Positions 48,945 to 60,932 of a DNA stretch of 64,000 nucleotides are shown here, piece by piece. The notes under the pieces were generated by a model. The model did not search any database. It saw nothing but the letters and a program-made list of their open reading frames with translations, and had not been told where the DNA came from. Within the stretch, counting starts at the first letter, position 1, and each line of letters starts with the position of its first letter. Position numbers and translations under genes: made by a program. Origin of the DNA: Takakia lepidozioides (taxonomy: Eukaryota > Plantae > Bryophyta); assembly GCA_030704615.1 (NCBI GenBank), contig CM060733.1, forward strand, positions 64,418,001 to 64,482,000, read 5' to 3'.

Positions 48945-51800
48945 AACAGAGAGGGAAGATAAAATGTCTTGTCAAGACATGGACAAGACCAAACAAGGTC
49001 TTTGTCAATTTTTACGACAAATCAGCCTCATAACGAGGCACTATCAATCACTCTTCATTCATAAACCAGTCTGATGACATATAACAGATCTCACGGTTCA
49101 TGAAATCTCTGGGTGGGGGGGCGGGATTATATAAAAATCCGCTTCAGTATATGCTTCATTATCATGTTTGTCCAAACAGGGACCCAATCATGTATCACAT
49201 GTGTGGGTGTGCTTTCAGATGTAACAATAGCAACTGTTCATAGCAGGAAAAACTTGTTTATCCTGCTAACAATACTCCCCATGATTACATTAACACTTTG
49301 AAAAGGAAGTTCCAGTTTTTATGTAATCTTATGGCCATATCAAAGCATCAGATAGATTGTGAACCATTTACACATAAGGGGTATGACCTCATACCTTGTG
49401 TTTTTGCCCCAAGACCTGGTATAGGTCTGGGGCCATTGTATAAATGTGGTAACAAGGTGTTGAGTAGCAAGCAGTTATACATATTGCTACTTTTACCATT
49501 GTGCAGAGCAGGAAAGCAAGTCTTAAGATTGCTAAAATTTATCACCCATGGTTACATTGTATTTGTGTAGATATTTCTAAGCAGCGTGTAAACATGGAAC
49601 ATAACAGAGGTTATTATATTATGTTCCATAGCCTGGTTTCAGTCTGGGTACATCATACACATGCCCTAGCAAAGTGTTTATAAAATCACAAAGCATCCAT
49701 GTAAGTACATAGAGATACATCTGGGCTGCATAGGTTTAAACCCTGATGTCTTACAAGGTTTTAGCCAGATTGTCTGGGTTCCAACAAAGACCTCACTACT
49801 ATGTTACTTGGTACAAGTCAAATCAGTAAAGCTAGCAAGGGTCATTTTAACACAACATGTAGAGTAGAGCTGTAACCAAATTGTTACTCAGCCTGTTATC
49901 CAGATTTAGACATTACATGTTTTGTCTTTAGTCCCAGAGCCTGGTTTAGTTCTGGGGTCAATCTGTGGCAATCTCATCAGGGTATTTGTCTATCACAGAC
50001 TGAAAGGAATCCCAAAAAAAACCCGAGGGCCAGCATTAAACATCATACATGGCCAAGAGCCCAATGGTTGAGATACCATATGACCTCCTACATTGCTGCT
50101 TGGTATGCTCCAAGTCACAGTAGCAGGCCAGTATTGTAAACAGGGAACATAACATAGGAATTGTATTATATTCCATAGCCTGGTTTCAGTCTGGGTACAA
50201 CATACACCTACCCTAGCAAAGTGTTTATAAAATCACAAAGCATCCATGTAAGTACATAGAGATACATCTGGGCTGCATAAGTTTAAACCCTGATGTCTTA
50301 AAAGGCTTTAAACAGATTGTCTAGGTTCCAAAAAGACGTCACTACTGTGTTACTTGGTCCAAGCCAAATCAGTAAAGCCAGCAAGGGTCATTTTTAGAAA
50401 CACAACATGTATAGTAGGGCTGTAACCAGATTGTTAATCAGCCTGTTATCCAGATTTAGACATTACATGTTTTGTCTTTAGTCCCAGAGCTTGGTTTAAT
50501 TCTGGGGGCAATCTGTGGCTATCTCAGCAGGGTATTTGTCAATCACAGACTGAAAGGAAATCCAGAAAAATAGAGGGCCTGAATTAAATAGCATACATGG
50601 CCAAGAGCCCAATGGCTGGGATACCATACGACCTCCTACATTGCTGCTTGGTATACTCCAAGTCACAGTAGCAGGCCAGTATTGTAAACCGAAAACAAGA
50701 GCACATAATGGGCTGTAAACAGCAAATCCAGCCCATGATAGAGTGTAGAAATCAAAAGTAAGAGTCTTTAAAAGAAAGTATGTATTCTAGTAAAGCTCAT
50801 CTAATGAACAATGCTCAACAAGCATAGCCAAAAAGGTCAAAAATATGGAAGCAGATTTGAATCAGCTTCCTGAAGATCAGTTGGAGTCGACATTGCCTCA
50901 ATTGCTTGGATTCAATCAACTTCAAGCTTCATAAGTCATGTTAAGTGAGGGCCCTCACCTGGTCCCATCAAATGCAATCAAAAAACAATGAAGTTAGTGA
51001 AGATGTGGAACCCCAGGTGAATATCAGGCCTCACGCTTGTTATCGCTGTACAACATGCGTGCAAAAGCAAGAAGAGATCAAAAGCAAAGCAAAGCAAAGA
51101 TAGTCCACAACCTTAAGGGTTTGTGGAAGAGGATTCGACATAGCTCCAAGAACTCGGCAATCGACAGCACAAACAAGCAACGGTTTGCTGATTTCTACGA
51201 GATTTTATCAGGTGAAGATACTTCCTGAAAGTTTAAGAGCGGCGCTGGATCTTAATGACCATTGAACGGATCGACAAACAATCACTGCTTAGGGTAGATT
51301 GTCCGCCAAGGGAAGAGACAACCTCATTGAGGGAATTGAAGCTCTGCCGCCATTGCATACCCCAAGGAGAATTGAAAAGTACTGGAATCTTGCCAGAGCA
51401 CTTGCAGGTTGTCATAAAACTTCTCCATAGCCATCAAATTCACAAGAATTGTGTTTAAATGAACCCTCTGACACCATCTCTTAGCTCCAGCAGAATCAAA
51501 ACGCACGAGTATCGTGCAGAGTTTTAGGGCGGAGGAAGAGATAGGGCAAACCTTCGCGATTTCATCCAAATTAGATGAAAAATAGGTAATGAGATGTAAA
51601 GAACTTCCCTGATTTCATCATGATGTCATCCAGTAGGGATGGCATCCAAAATAGAGTCTGCCTTTCATTAGGGTTAGTTCTCATGACCAAAATCATCCAA
51701 AGAACCCAACTATCAGAGAATATTCTTTCATGGAATTCATCCATTTTCATGATTACATCCAGTATGGATGAAATTAAAATATGGTTTAGACAGAAATAGT
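48945..51800 (-). mobile_element. Unclassified repeat family, diverged inverted copy of ~58300-60120
   Basis: 48950-49045 matches rc of 60015-60120. 50945-51055 matches rc of 58935-59045. Confidence 0.65.
49590..50689. repeat. ~548-bp tandem duplication
   Basis: Units start at ~49590 and ~50138 (AAACA.GGAACATAACA..TTCCATAGCCTGGTTTCAGTCTGGG). Confidence 0.92.
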
Positions 51801-51849
51801 CCAAGCCTTCATGGGTTTTGGAAAAAATACAAGCAAGTTCCTTGTATAG

Positions 51850-53175
51850 AGGGAGAGGGAGAGAGGGAGAGACAGAGAGTGAGAGGGAGAGATCAGGAAA
51901 CCAAAAAAAAAAAAAAAAAATGTGGGGGGGAGAGTGACTGAGCAGCTGTTGCTCAGCAGCTGCAGCTGCTCGGTCACTCCCCCCCCCATATTTTTTTTTT
52001 CTTTGTTGCCCCCTCTCTCCCTCTGTCTCCCTCCTCGGAATCGGCCGGTTGTATTAGTGCGTTTTTCATTTTTTTTCATCTATACCGGATGGATTCTAAA
52101 CAGTGTTTTCACCCGCCCTATAAATATTTTCTATCCATACCGGATGAATTACCTAGGTGGACACTAAAATACCTCTAAAATGGGTCTATGATTTTTTCAT
52201 TCATCTTTTATTGACTTTCATCTATACCAGATGAGTCACCAGAGAATGAGGAATTACCTCTGTAGGGGTTGACACTGGCATCCTATCTATAATTTTTCCA
52301 TCCATACCGGATGAAAAATACCAGGATATTAATTCGTTTTATTCCTCTTTTATGGCCTTTTTTTCCGTACTGGATGAGGCTTTTCTTAGGGGATCATGAA
52401 TTACCTGTTAGGATGACAAACCGTTGCCTTGGATGATATGTACTGTTTTTTCATCCTACTGACGGACCTTCTCCAATTAGATGAACTTATTATCTTTTTC
52501 ATTTGAACCGGATGAAAAATGCAGCTTCTGATGGCCCTGGACCTCTAGTTAATTACCCTTAATTATGGCTAATTAAGGAGTGAAACCCTAACCCCTACCC
52601 TATAACCTATTGTTTGAACCTAGCTAACGGATGACATCCGTCGGGTTTCGAAATAAGGGGTGTTGATTACTCATCTTGCACGGATGAAAAATCGGGCATT
52701 GCCCTTAGGGTGTCTCTCCCGCCGTCAGCAGCACTCCTCGTGCTTCTGAGCTCGCGGGCTGAGAGTTATGGCGTCTAAGCTCTGCTGCTACCCTGTCTGC
52801 TGCTTCGTGCCCATGCCGGACGAGCTCCTGTGGATTCGCAATGGCGGCGTCTTGTCTCTTCTCACAAGCGGGTGACCCCGCTGTGATTGCATCGTCTCTT
52901 TCCCTCCTTTGGCTTTTATGTTTCGCAGCGGCGCTTGTGTGGGGAAGTATATATCTCTCTCTCCCTTCTTACACCTAGCAAGGATGCTTGTATGCTTCCC
53001 TTCTCCTTAGCTGTGCTGGAGGTGGCTTGCTGGTGGCGATGGCGCACAATTACCTTCCCTAATCGCTCAAGGTGCTTTTGGTGATTAGGGTTCCTTTTAC
53101 TTTATGTCTTTCTCTCTTGCTTTTGAGGTTCTTAGTTGACATCGATGACAAGTGTAGGGGTCTGTGATTCACCTG
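51850..53175 (+). repeat. ~1.3-kb repeat unit with TTCATCC-N5-GGATGAA inverted motifs and a telo-box; second unit at 53176-53457 + ~58060-58973
   Basis: GAGAGG run + ATCAGGAAAC recurs at 53176-53210. GAAACCCTAACCCCTACCC at 52582 and 58387. Both units end at GATTCACCTGG. Confidence 0.8.
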
Positions 53176-54714
53176 GAGAGGGAGAGGGAGAGAGGGAGAG
53201 ATCAGGAAACAATAAATAAATAAAAATAAATAAATAAATCGGGGGGGTTGGGGGTGGGGAGTGACTTAGCAGCTGCTAAGTCACTCCCCCACCCCCACTT
53301 TTTTCCTTCTTCTTTGATGCCCCCTCTCTCCCTCTGTCTCCCTCTCTACTGGGAATTGGCAATTTGCTATCAGTTGTGACTTTTTGTTTTCTCATCCTCT
53401 ATCAGGCTTTTTCATCCATACCGGATGAGCCACCAGGATGGACACTGAATTACCTCATGTGTCTGCATTCCAAGAAAAGCAAATGCAACTACCTAACATT
53501 CGGACTACCAGGGTCCTCACCATACTCCAACGCTACGTCCTGCAACACCCCAGAAACTACTTTTGCGGGGGAGGGACCCGGGAGCAAGTCGAGGTCAAGT
53601 CTTAAACTGATCTTTGGGCTAAGAGTCCTCTCCTCACCAACGACCTCGTCAACACACTCTTCCTCGGAGCCTTCCTCGGTCGTTGGATCCTCGCTTTCCG
53701 ATCCTTCTTTTGCAGAATTCTCAAAATAGTTCTGTACCGTTGCAAATTGTGCAGCAGCCCTCACCTGGCCATTGTGCCTGCTTAGACATTATTGTCCACG
53801 GTGGCTCAGCCTGAGCCTATGCTTTTGCTGCCGCGTATGCGAGTAGGTCGTACCCTTTCTCCAGAGTAGTTAGAGCAGCAACCTATCCAAGCACTTTCCA
53901 ACGTCCTCCCTCCCAAAATCCGTGGAAGACCCTGGAATCCCCATGATGGCTCAGCGGGACGCTTTGCAATCTGCAATGGTGGCTCGTAACTGCAATTACG
54001 ACATATCATATTAGATCATATTTTGCAAGAATGATGATTTGGGGAAATGGGAATATTCAGAACATGCTAACAATGAAGACACTTACATAGAAGTTGGACT
54101 TACTCACTCCAGCGATTGTACGTGAATCTGAATGTCATCCCTGTCGTCGTTCAACCAGTCTGTGTCGGCAGCTATGTTAGTGACAACATTGGCCGCAGGT
54201 GCCTGCCGCTGCAAACCTCCTAGCCTCTCTCGCAGTAGTTCGTCGTCTTTTTCCAACGCGAGCAGATGCCTTCCGCAAATTATTGCAGCCATCATGGAGG
54301 ACCTGCATCCCGCTGTCAGATTGACTATTGTTCCCCCTTCTAGTGAGCACATCTCCATGAAGGTTTGCATGAACCTTGGGCTTTTCTCACGAGCCCCGCA
54401 GAAGAAGGTGCCATCTTGTCATTTGTGGAGTCTATCCTCTCTGACCATGTTCCTCACCACATCCTCAGTTACGCTGTTGTGGTCGGTGTCAAGCTTTGCA
54501 GCTATCTCCCGCAAGTTGAAATTATGCATAGAAAATCACAGTCTGCCAGTTCAAATTTCAACAGGAACCCCGTGAGATCGATATTATACAAGAGAAGACC
54601 TATAATATTCTGTACAGGGTATGTTTGAAGAAACAAAATGCACTTTCCAGCTCCACAATTCTAAAATGAGTTGTGATAATCGTTACCGACTACAATGTCA
54701 AAGCCCCCCACCTT

Positions 54715-54930
54715 TGTTTGCTAGTCGGGCACCGACTATCAAATCCCACAATCCCGGCCTACAATGACTAACTAACATGACACACCATTCTCATAGTCGG
54801 TGCCGACTATGAATCCAAATGTGGGCCCCACTGAGACATAGTCTGTGCCGACTATGCAAAGACAGTAGGCAAACACGAGACATAGTCGGCACCGACTATA
54901 TATCTGTAGACAATCCATACCGACCACAAA
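54715..54930. repeat. Intronic cluster of the palindrome ATAGTCGG-YR-CCGACTAT
   Basis: Copies at ~54721, 54792, 54838 and 54881, plus half sites. Confidence 0.88.
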
Positions 54931-56164
54931 TGGATATTTGACGACTATTAAATACATTTTGAAGGAAATGTCGAGGAAGGTGTGATAGCGGCGATGAAAA
55001 ATTGAAAGTGGGGAGCAAACAGTTTAAGCAATTTAAGCAGTTGGAACTTACCTGTGGCTGCCCTGCCTCTCCAGATTGAAGTGGTAGCCAATTGAGGCAA
55101 GTCCACTTTCTCTTGATAACTTTGAAGGGCCCCGCTGGGCCCACACATCTCCGAATTTCAATTTTTGTCTTAGCATCACCCTTGCAGAAAATAACAAGGT
55201 AGTCGTCGTCCTTGAGCAAAGATGTTGCCAGTGCCAGTGCATGCGGGACGGTATCCTTTGTCTTTGCATTCCAAGCGGGTACAATGTCATCTCTGCCACA
55301 TCCTCTCACAGAAATGCGTCGATATCTCCCCTCGGCTCTGGCCACTTACTCGTTGTTCCTTTGGATGCCAGCCTGCGGATGACAAGCTGGAACCAATTGC
55401 ACTTGAGGCATGCTACGTGTGTGTTTGGTACCCCTTCTCGCAAAGAGATAGCCTCGTAAAAACAGCACGGTTGAGAGCTGCATGCCCCTCCCGTCACTTG
55501 TGTTTGCCCATGCAGGGTTTTGAGAAGATCGATTCCTTCGCTCAATCTAGAAGTTGTGTAGGGCGTCTGTAAACGCCAGTTGGTTGTCTTCCCTCTGAGC
55601 ACCATCTGTCTCATCCACACCCTCCACACCTGTGTTGCCTGCAGGCCTTGTGCCGGGGGGGGGGGTTTCCTGCCCTGTGGTGGCTGTCTTCTTCTGTTTC
55701 CGTTTCTTTTTTCTTTGTTTCTTCTTGGCCACCGCTTCTTCCAGAGGTGTATTGGCTTGTTCAAGGTGTGCGGTAGCGACGATTGCAGCCTCCTCAGCAC
55801 CTTCTTCCGTCAATGGCTCCATGTGAGTTGGTGCTGGCAGTTCGTTCTTGGTGTACTTCTTGTAAAAATCCAGTTCTACGTCAGGAATGACATCGGGTGG
55901 CAAATCCAGCCACCAGTAGCAGGGCAGATGCGTGACTTTCACATACTCGCCTAACTGCCTGCCGTTGTACATTGTGCAGTCTGACCGGAGGCTGGCCCAC
56001 TGTGTGACACTGGTTGGCATACACCTGATATGTTTGTTGGCGAGCAAATAAAAGTTTATGTACCTGTTGCAGTGCACCAAAAGTCGTCGTGAGGATGGAC
56101 ATTGGGCCTGATTGCAATGACAAGGAAGAATTTATGAAAAGCGAGGGCCGTAGTCCCTTCCCAG

Positions 56165-56650
56165 ATGCAGTAGTCGGCAACGACTATGACACCCAATAGG
56201 CCAAAGTTAGTGTCATAGTCGGTGGCGACTACGACTCCCAACTGTGGGTTAGCCAGCCTTCGACCGGGGCCCTATCCGAAAGTGGCTTTAGACTATACCG
56301 CATGGCTACCAAAGACCCACCCTATAGTCGTTGCCGACTATGTAATATAGTAAGTTTTTAATTTGCGGGCAGTAGTCACAACCCACTTGCAATAGTCAGC
56401 AGCGACTATGACCCCCAAAAGGCCAAAACTTGTCTCATAGTCGGTGGCGACTATGACTTGGCCAACTATGGGTTCAACTGGCTACGATAGGGCCCGCTTA
56501 GGGAAGTCGTTGCCGACTATACCCCATGGCTACCCCAGCCCCATCCTATAGTCGTTGCCGACTATGACTACCATGTCTGAGCCCAGTAGTCGGCGCCGAC
56601 CACGAGCAAGACCAAGCATGCCGACTATCGAAATATCTGCCGACTATAAC
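56165..56650. repeat. Intronic cluster (~10 copies) of ATAGTCGG-YR-CCGACTAT
   Basis: Copies at ~56170, 56215, 56324, 56392, 56437, 56503, 56547 and 56585, plus half sites. ~222-bp duplication. Confidence 0.9.
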
Positions 56651-57284
56651 GTGCCTATAGATTAACGTTCACCCGCTAGTTCCTACAACCCATTTGTTGT
56701 ATGCCATATGCAAAGCCAGAGCTGAATTGCAATGACAATAATGTACCATGAGCCTGCAAGCTGGTAAAGATCCACCAGGCTGCTCGGTAATTGGCCAACT
56801 TCGGGCAGGCTCATCTTTCATCTCGCACCAGAACAACTCCTTCCAGTACTTGATGCGGAAATCGTCCACCCAGACAGAAAGGGTCTTGAGCGTGGGAGCC
56901 TCTTCCTGGGTTGGCAGCTGCAGGAACCCTTTCTGAACCAGCATGGCCAACTGCCGCTCTGCTTCCTCCTTTTGTTGCAAGTCCACGTCAATTGTTAGAG
57001 ATGATAGATTGCAACAATAACTATAACATGAAGCCACCACCAGTATTGCCAACATCTTACCTGGAACCACCGTGTCATTTTGTCGCATCACAAGCCGAAC
57101 ACCACATCTGTGGGAGCATGTGGGAATTTTTCCCATTTTTCCGGGTTGTGGAGTCAACAGTAAATGCTTATTATATGCACAGCTGTAGTGATACTGTAGG
57201 GCGGATTAGAGTCACCTTGACATTGCTTCCCATTTGTATTCCTTCTTGCCTTCATGTTATCAATTTACCTTATCTGATACTGAA

Positions 57285-57405
57285 GCATCAGATTGCTTCA
57301 GTATCTACTTAGTTCCAGTTAATCATGCATTCATTTCACAGCTTCACTCATGTCTCTCTACACAGTGTGCTTGTATCGAATAAGTATCAGATTACGATTT
57401 ATCAG
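57285..57405 (-). mobile_element. Small fragment of the Gypsy 5' leader family
   Basis: Matches ~1053-1177 (CACAGCTTCACTCA..TCTCTACACAGTGTG..AAGTATCAGATTA.GATTTATCAGGTA). Confidence 0.8.
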
Positions 57406-58050
57406 GTACCAGGCTGGGCAACCGCAACTCCTCTTATGAACGTCACAGGGAGCTGCACACGCCGGCCCTCCCCTGATTTCCATGCAGGCCTATAGGAAGC
57501 TGACTCCTCCCAAAAATCCAGGGTGAAGCCCATGGGGTACAACACTGCCCCACCAACCAGGACATCGTATGAGACCACGTTTGTCACAATGGCCTTGGCT
57601 CGCATCACTGAGCCATCTGTAGGGTGATCCGGCCGTAGTCTGATAGCCAACTCACGTCGTGTCATGCCCCGAGCTTGCTCAGATCCTCCCAGAGACGTCT
57701 GTATCTGGAAATGACAAGGCTCCATATCCGCCTCCGTGAGGCCCAAGCCTGCAATAGCAGCTCTGCCCAGCATCAATGGTTGAGCTCCCGAGTCCAACAA
57801 GACCCGCAGTGGCCGGTACCTCTTGTCTGCCGGTCCACTCAAACAGAAAATGCCATCCTGGTTGTCTAACATGACAACTCCATGTGTCACCATGGCGCGC
57901 TCAATGGCTGGCCTAGCTGGCAGCTCCATCAACCTGGCAGCTGCAGCTTGTCATGGCGCCGCCGTGGCAGTCTTGACCCTCAAATCCGAGGATCCCTCTG
58001 GCACTACACCTCCCACTATCTCCGCAGAAGATGAAGTAACCTCCCCACTT
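57406..58050 (-). pseudogene. Retrotransposon aspartic protease fragment
   Basis: RVLLDSGAQPLMLG ... SYDVLVGGAVL. Confidence 0.8.
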
Positions 58051-60399
58051 TCACAGAGCATTCCTCCGTTATTGACTCTCATCCATACCGGATGAGTCAC
58101 CATGGAAGAAAAAAATTACCTCTATGGAGGTTGCCAACAACATCCTGTTTTTCCATCCGTACCGGATGAAAAACTACCAGGGTGATAATTTTTCATTCCT
58201 CTTCTATTGACTCTTTTTATCCATACCGGATGGTAAGGAATGATAGAATTACCTAGATGGAGGTAAGGCGTTGCCACGGATGATATTCCCTACTTTTTCA
58301 TCCTGACACAAGTGATCTGTCTATGGATGATGTGATTATGACCTGGAATTGATCTTTACTACCCCTAATTATGATTAATTACGGTGGAAACCCTAACCCC
58401 TACCCCAAAACCTATTTTTAACCTTGCTGCGGATGAAATCCGTCAGGGTATACGGATTCGTCCTACTATTTTTCATCCACGGATGAATAATTGGGGGACA
58501 ACCTTATGTCGTCTCTCCCGCTGTCAGAAGCAGGCGATGTGCTTCTGAGCTCGCGAGGAGAGTGTTATGGCGGGCGTGCTTCGGTGGCTGCCCCGTTTGT
58601 GGTGTCGTACCCATGCTGGACGAGCGCCTGGGGGGGGCGCGAAGGCGGCGCCTTGTCTCTCTTGCAGCTGGAAACACCGCTATGAAAGCACTGGCATCTT
58701 TCCTCTTCTGGCTTTTTCTGTGCTTAGCAAGGATGCTTAGGATGGGAAGTTCTCTCCCTCCTTTCTCGTGCCTTGCGATTGTGCCTGCTTTGCTTCATTG
58801 CTTATATGCTTTGTGGAGGCGGCTTGCTGCGGGTGGTGATGGCGCATAACCCTCTTCCCCAATCGCTTAAGGTGCCTTTGGAGTTTATGGATTCTCATGT
58901 TCTTATCTCTTTCTCTTGCTTTTGAGTTTCTTAGTTGACATCGATGACAAGTGTGAGGGTCTGTGATTCACCTGGGGTTCCACAATCCTCACTAACCTGT
59001 TGGTTATTGTGGGGGCTTGTGATGGGACCAGGTGAGGATCCTCACCTACTTTGAAGTTTCTTGAGCATGCAGATTGGGATATGAGCTGAGGAGACCTAGG
59101 GGTTTGTGCGTTGTGAGGTGGTTGCTGCCTGCAGCCCCGATTTCAACCCGACTGCCCCTGGCTTGACATGCTACAGCCTGCGTTTTGGCCTTTGTCGTTC
59201 TGCCGCCGATGCGCAGCTCGGCCTGACGGGCCTGTTTCTTGAGGCTTGCATACAAACCATACCCTACCTTTTGATCTTTGACAGCAAAGCCTGTGGATTA
59301 TTAAGCTAGGTTGTAAGTTTTTTTGGCCAAAGAGGATCTGGTTTTTGGTGGTATGTTTTTGGCGGTTTTGGGTATTTATGGATCTGGTGGCCTTGAAGTT
59401 TAAGGCGGCAGCCTGGTAGGGTACTGCCCTGCTCCTTTTCAGGCCTACTTCTGATGTGTACTGGATCGTAGTAAGGTGTTCTTTGCATGTCTTAGCATGG
59501 AACTCTTGAAGGATGAGGATGGTAAGCTGCAATGGGATCCTACCTATTGTCTTGGATCTGTCATGACATCAGGCCTATGACCTGCAATCTGTTTTTTATA
59601 CAAAAGAGGCTAGATCTCGGCTGTTCATGCTGCTTGTTGGTACAAGTCTTGAACCTGCAATTTGACAGGCTGCATTCACATTCCCTTGATACCTTGTATG
59701 ATCACATGTCTCGGGGTGAATACAAATGATATGGTATCTACTTCATTTAGCTCAAGTTGGACTACTTGGTGGCAGATTCTGACCAACTGCAGGCTGGTCC
59801 TTATGCCTTGGCTGATGCATGACCTGCCATAATTAATGGCTGAAATGGTAAGCTACTGGTATATGTACAGGCTGAACCAAGAGGCCTTGCAGCCTGCACA
59901 GGGACATCAATATCTTATCTTGTCCCACACAAGAACAAACCCCGCCCTCCCACCCTGTTTTGTCTTGGATGATTGGGTGGTGTCTTTTGGGATGATTTGA
60001 CAAGACTAGAAATGTGAGATAGTGCCCTATCCAGGGCTGTTTATGTCTTTAATTGACAATGACCCTTATGGGTCTTGTCCATGTCTTGACATGACGTGAA
60101 TATCTTCCCACTCTCTCGCTCTCTCTTATTAACTTTTTCTACCCCCTCTTTCCCTCTGTGTTTTTTTTTTTTTTGTGAGCAGCACAAAAGAGAGGAGAGA
60201 GAGAGAAGATATTTTTTGTCGTCAAGACAAAGACAGGACCCGAGGTTTACTTTTTCATGAGCGCATGAGCCCATGAGCCTATGAGCCTATGAGCTCATGA
60301 GCGGGCATCCGCGGAATTGGAATTTTCCTGCCTTTATTGACGGTGTTATGTCCTCTTAACTCGGTAATAGGGTCTGTTTCTCCTGGTCCAGGATGCGGA

Positions 60400-60690
60400 A
60401 TGAGGAATTTCGGCGCCGTTATTCCAAAGAGCAGTGTGCTAAAATGGTGTTTTGAAGACATCCACCGGGGTATTTCGGCACCGAAATTACCTCTTAAAAT
60501 GTGATATAGTGCGGTATTTAAAGGCGCAGAACGGGCAATTTCGGCGCCGAAATACCCAAGTGGAATGTGGTGAAGTGCCTTGTGCTGAAGGCTTCCATCG
60601 CAATATTTTGGTGCAGTAATTCATCCGTGGAATTTTTGAGGCCCATATAACGAAGGCGCAAACTGGGCTATTTCGGCGCCAAATTTCCCA
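60400..60690. repeat. Five palindromes of type ATTTCGG-YR-CCGAAAT, ~65-bp spacing
   Basis: At ~60405, 60469, 60535, 60602 and 60667. Confidence 0.85.
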
Positions 60691-60932
60691 ATAGGAATGT
60701 TAGAAACGGCAGGGTTTTCATGGCTTCAAGTTCCCGGCTCGATGGTGTGCATAAATTACTTGTAGGGTTCTTCACTGAAGTTTGCGTCTCTTCTGCTTTT
60801 ATTATAGATTTTGGTTGGCGGAAGAAATGTAGGGAATGGACAAGCAGTCTGAACACAATGATTTTTCAAATCGTCAATATTTTCATTAAGTGTTTCAGAA
60901 CTGTACAACAAAAGGATCCAAATGAGACTTTG

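Larger units (their letters stand above)
53489..57000 (-). pseudogene. Diverged paralog of the amino-MTase-like cargo gene (family 3, fragment)
   Basis: YINF..HLPCYWWLDLP, VPAWN..LATSLLKDDDYLVIFC, KRKWTCLNWLPL and KPRFMQTFMEMCSLEGGTIVNLTAGCRSSMMAAIICGRHLLALEKD align with copy B. Two intron positions are shared. Confidence 0.72.

Noticed and set aside
52582-52600. Telomeric repeat array
   Set aside because: Only a single AAACCCTAA telo-box per unit.
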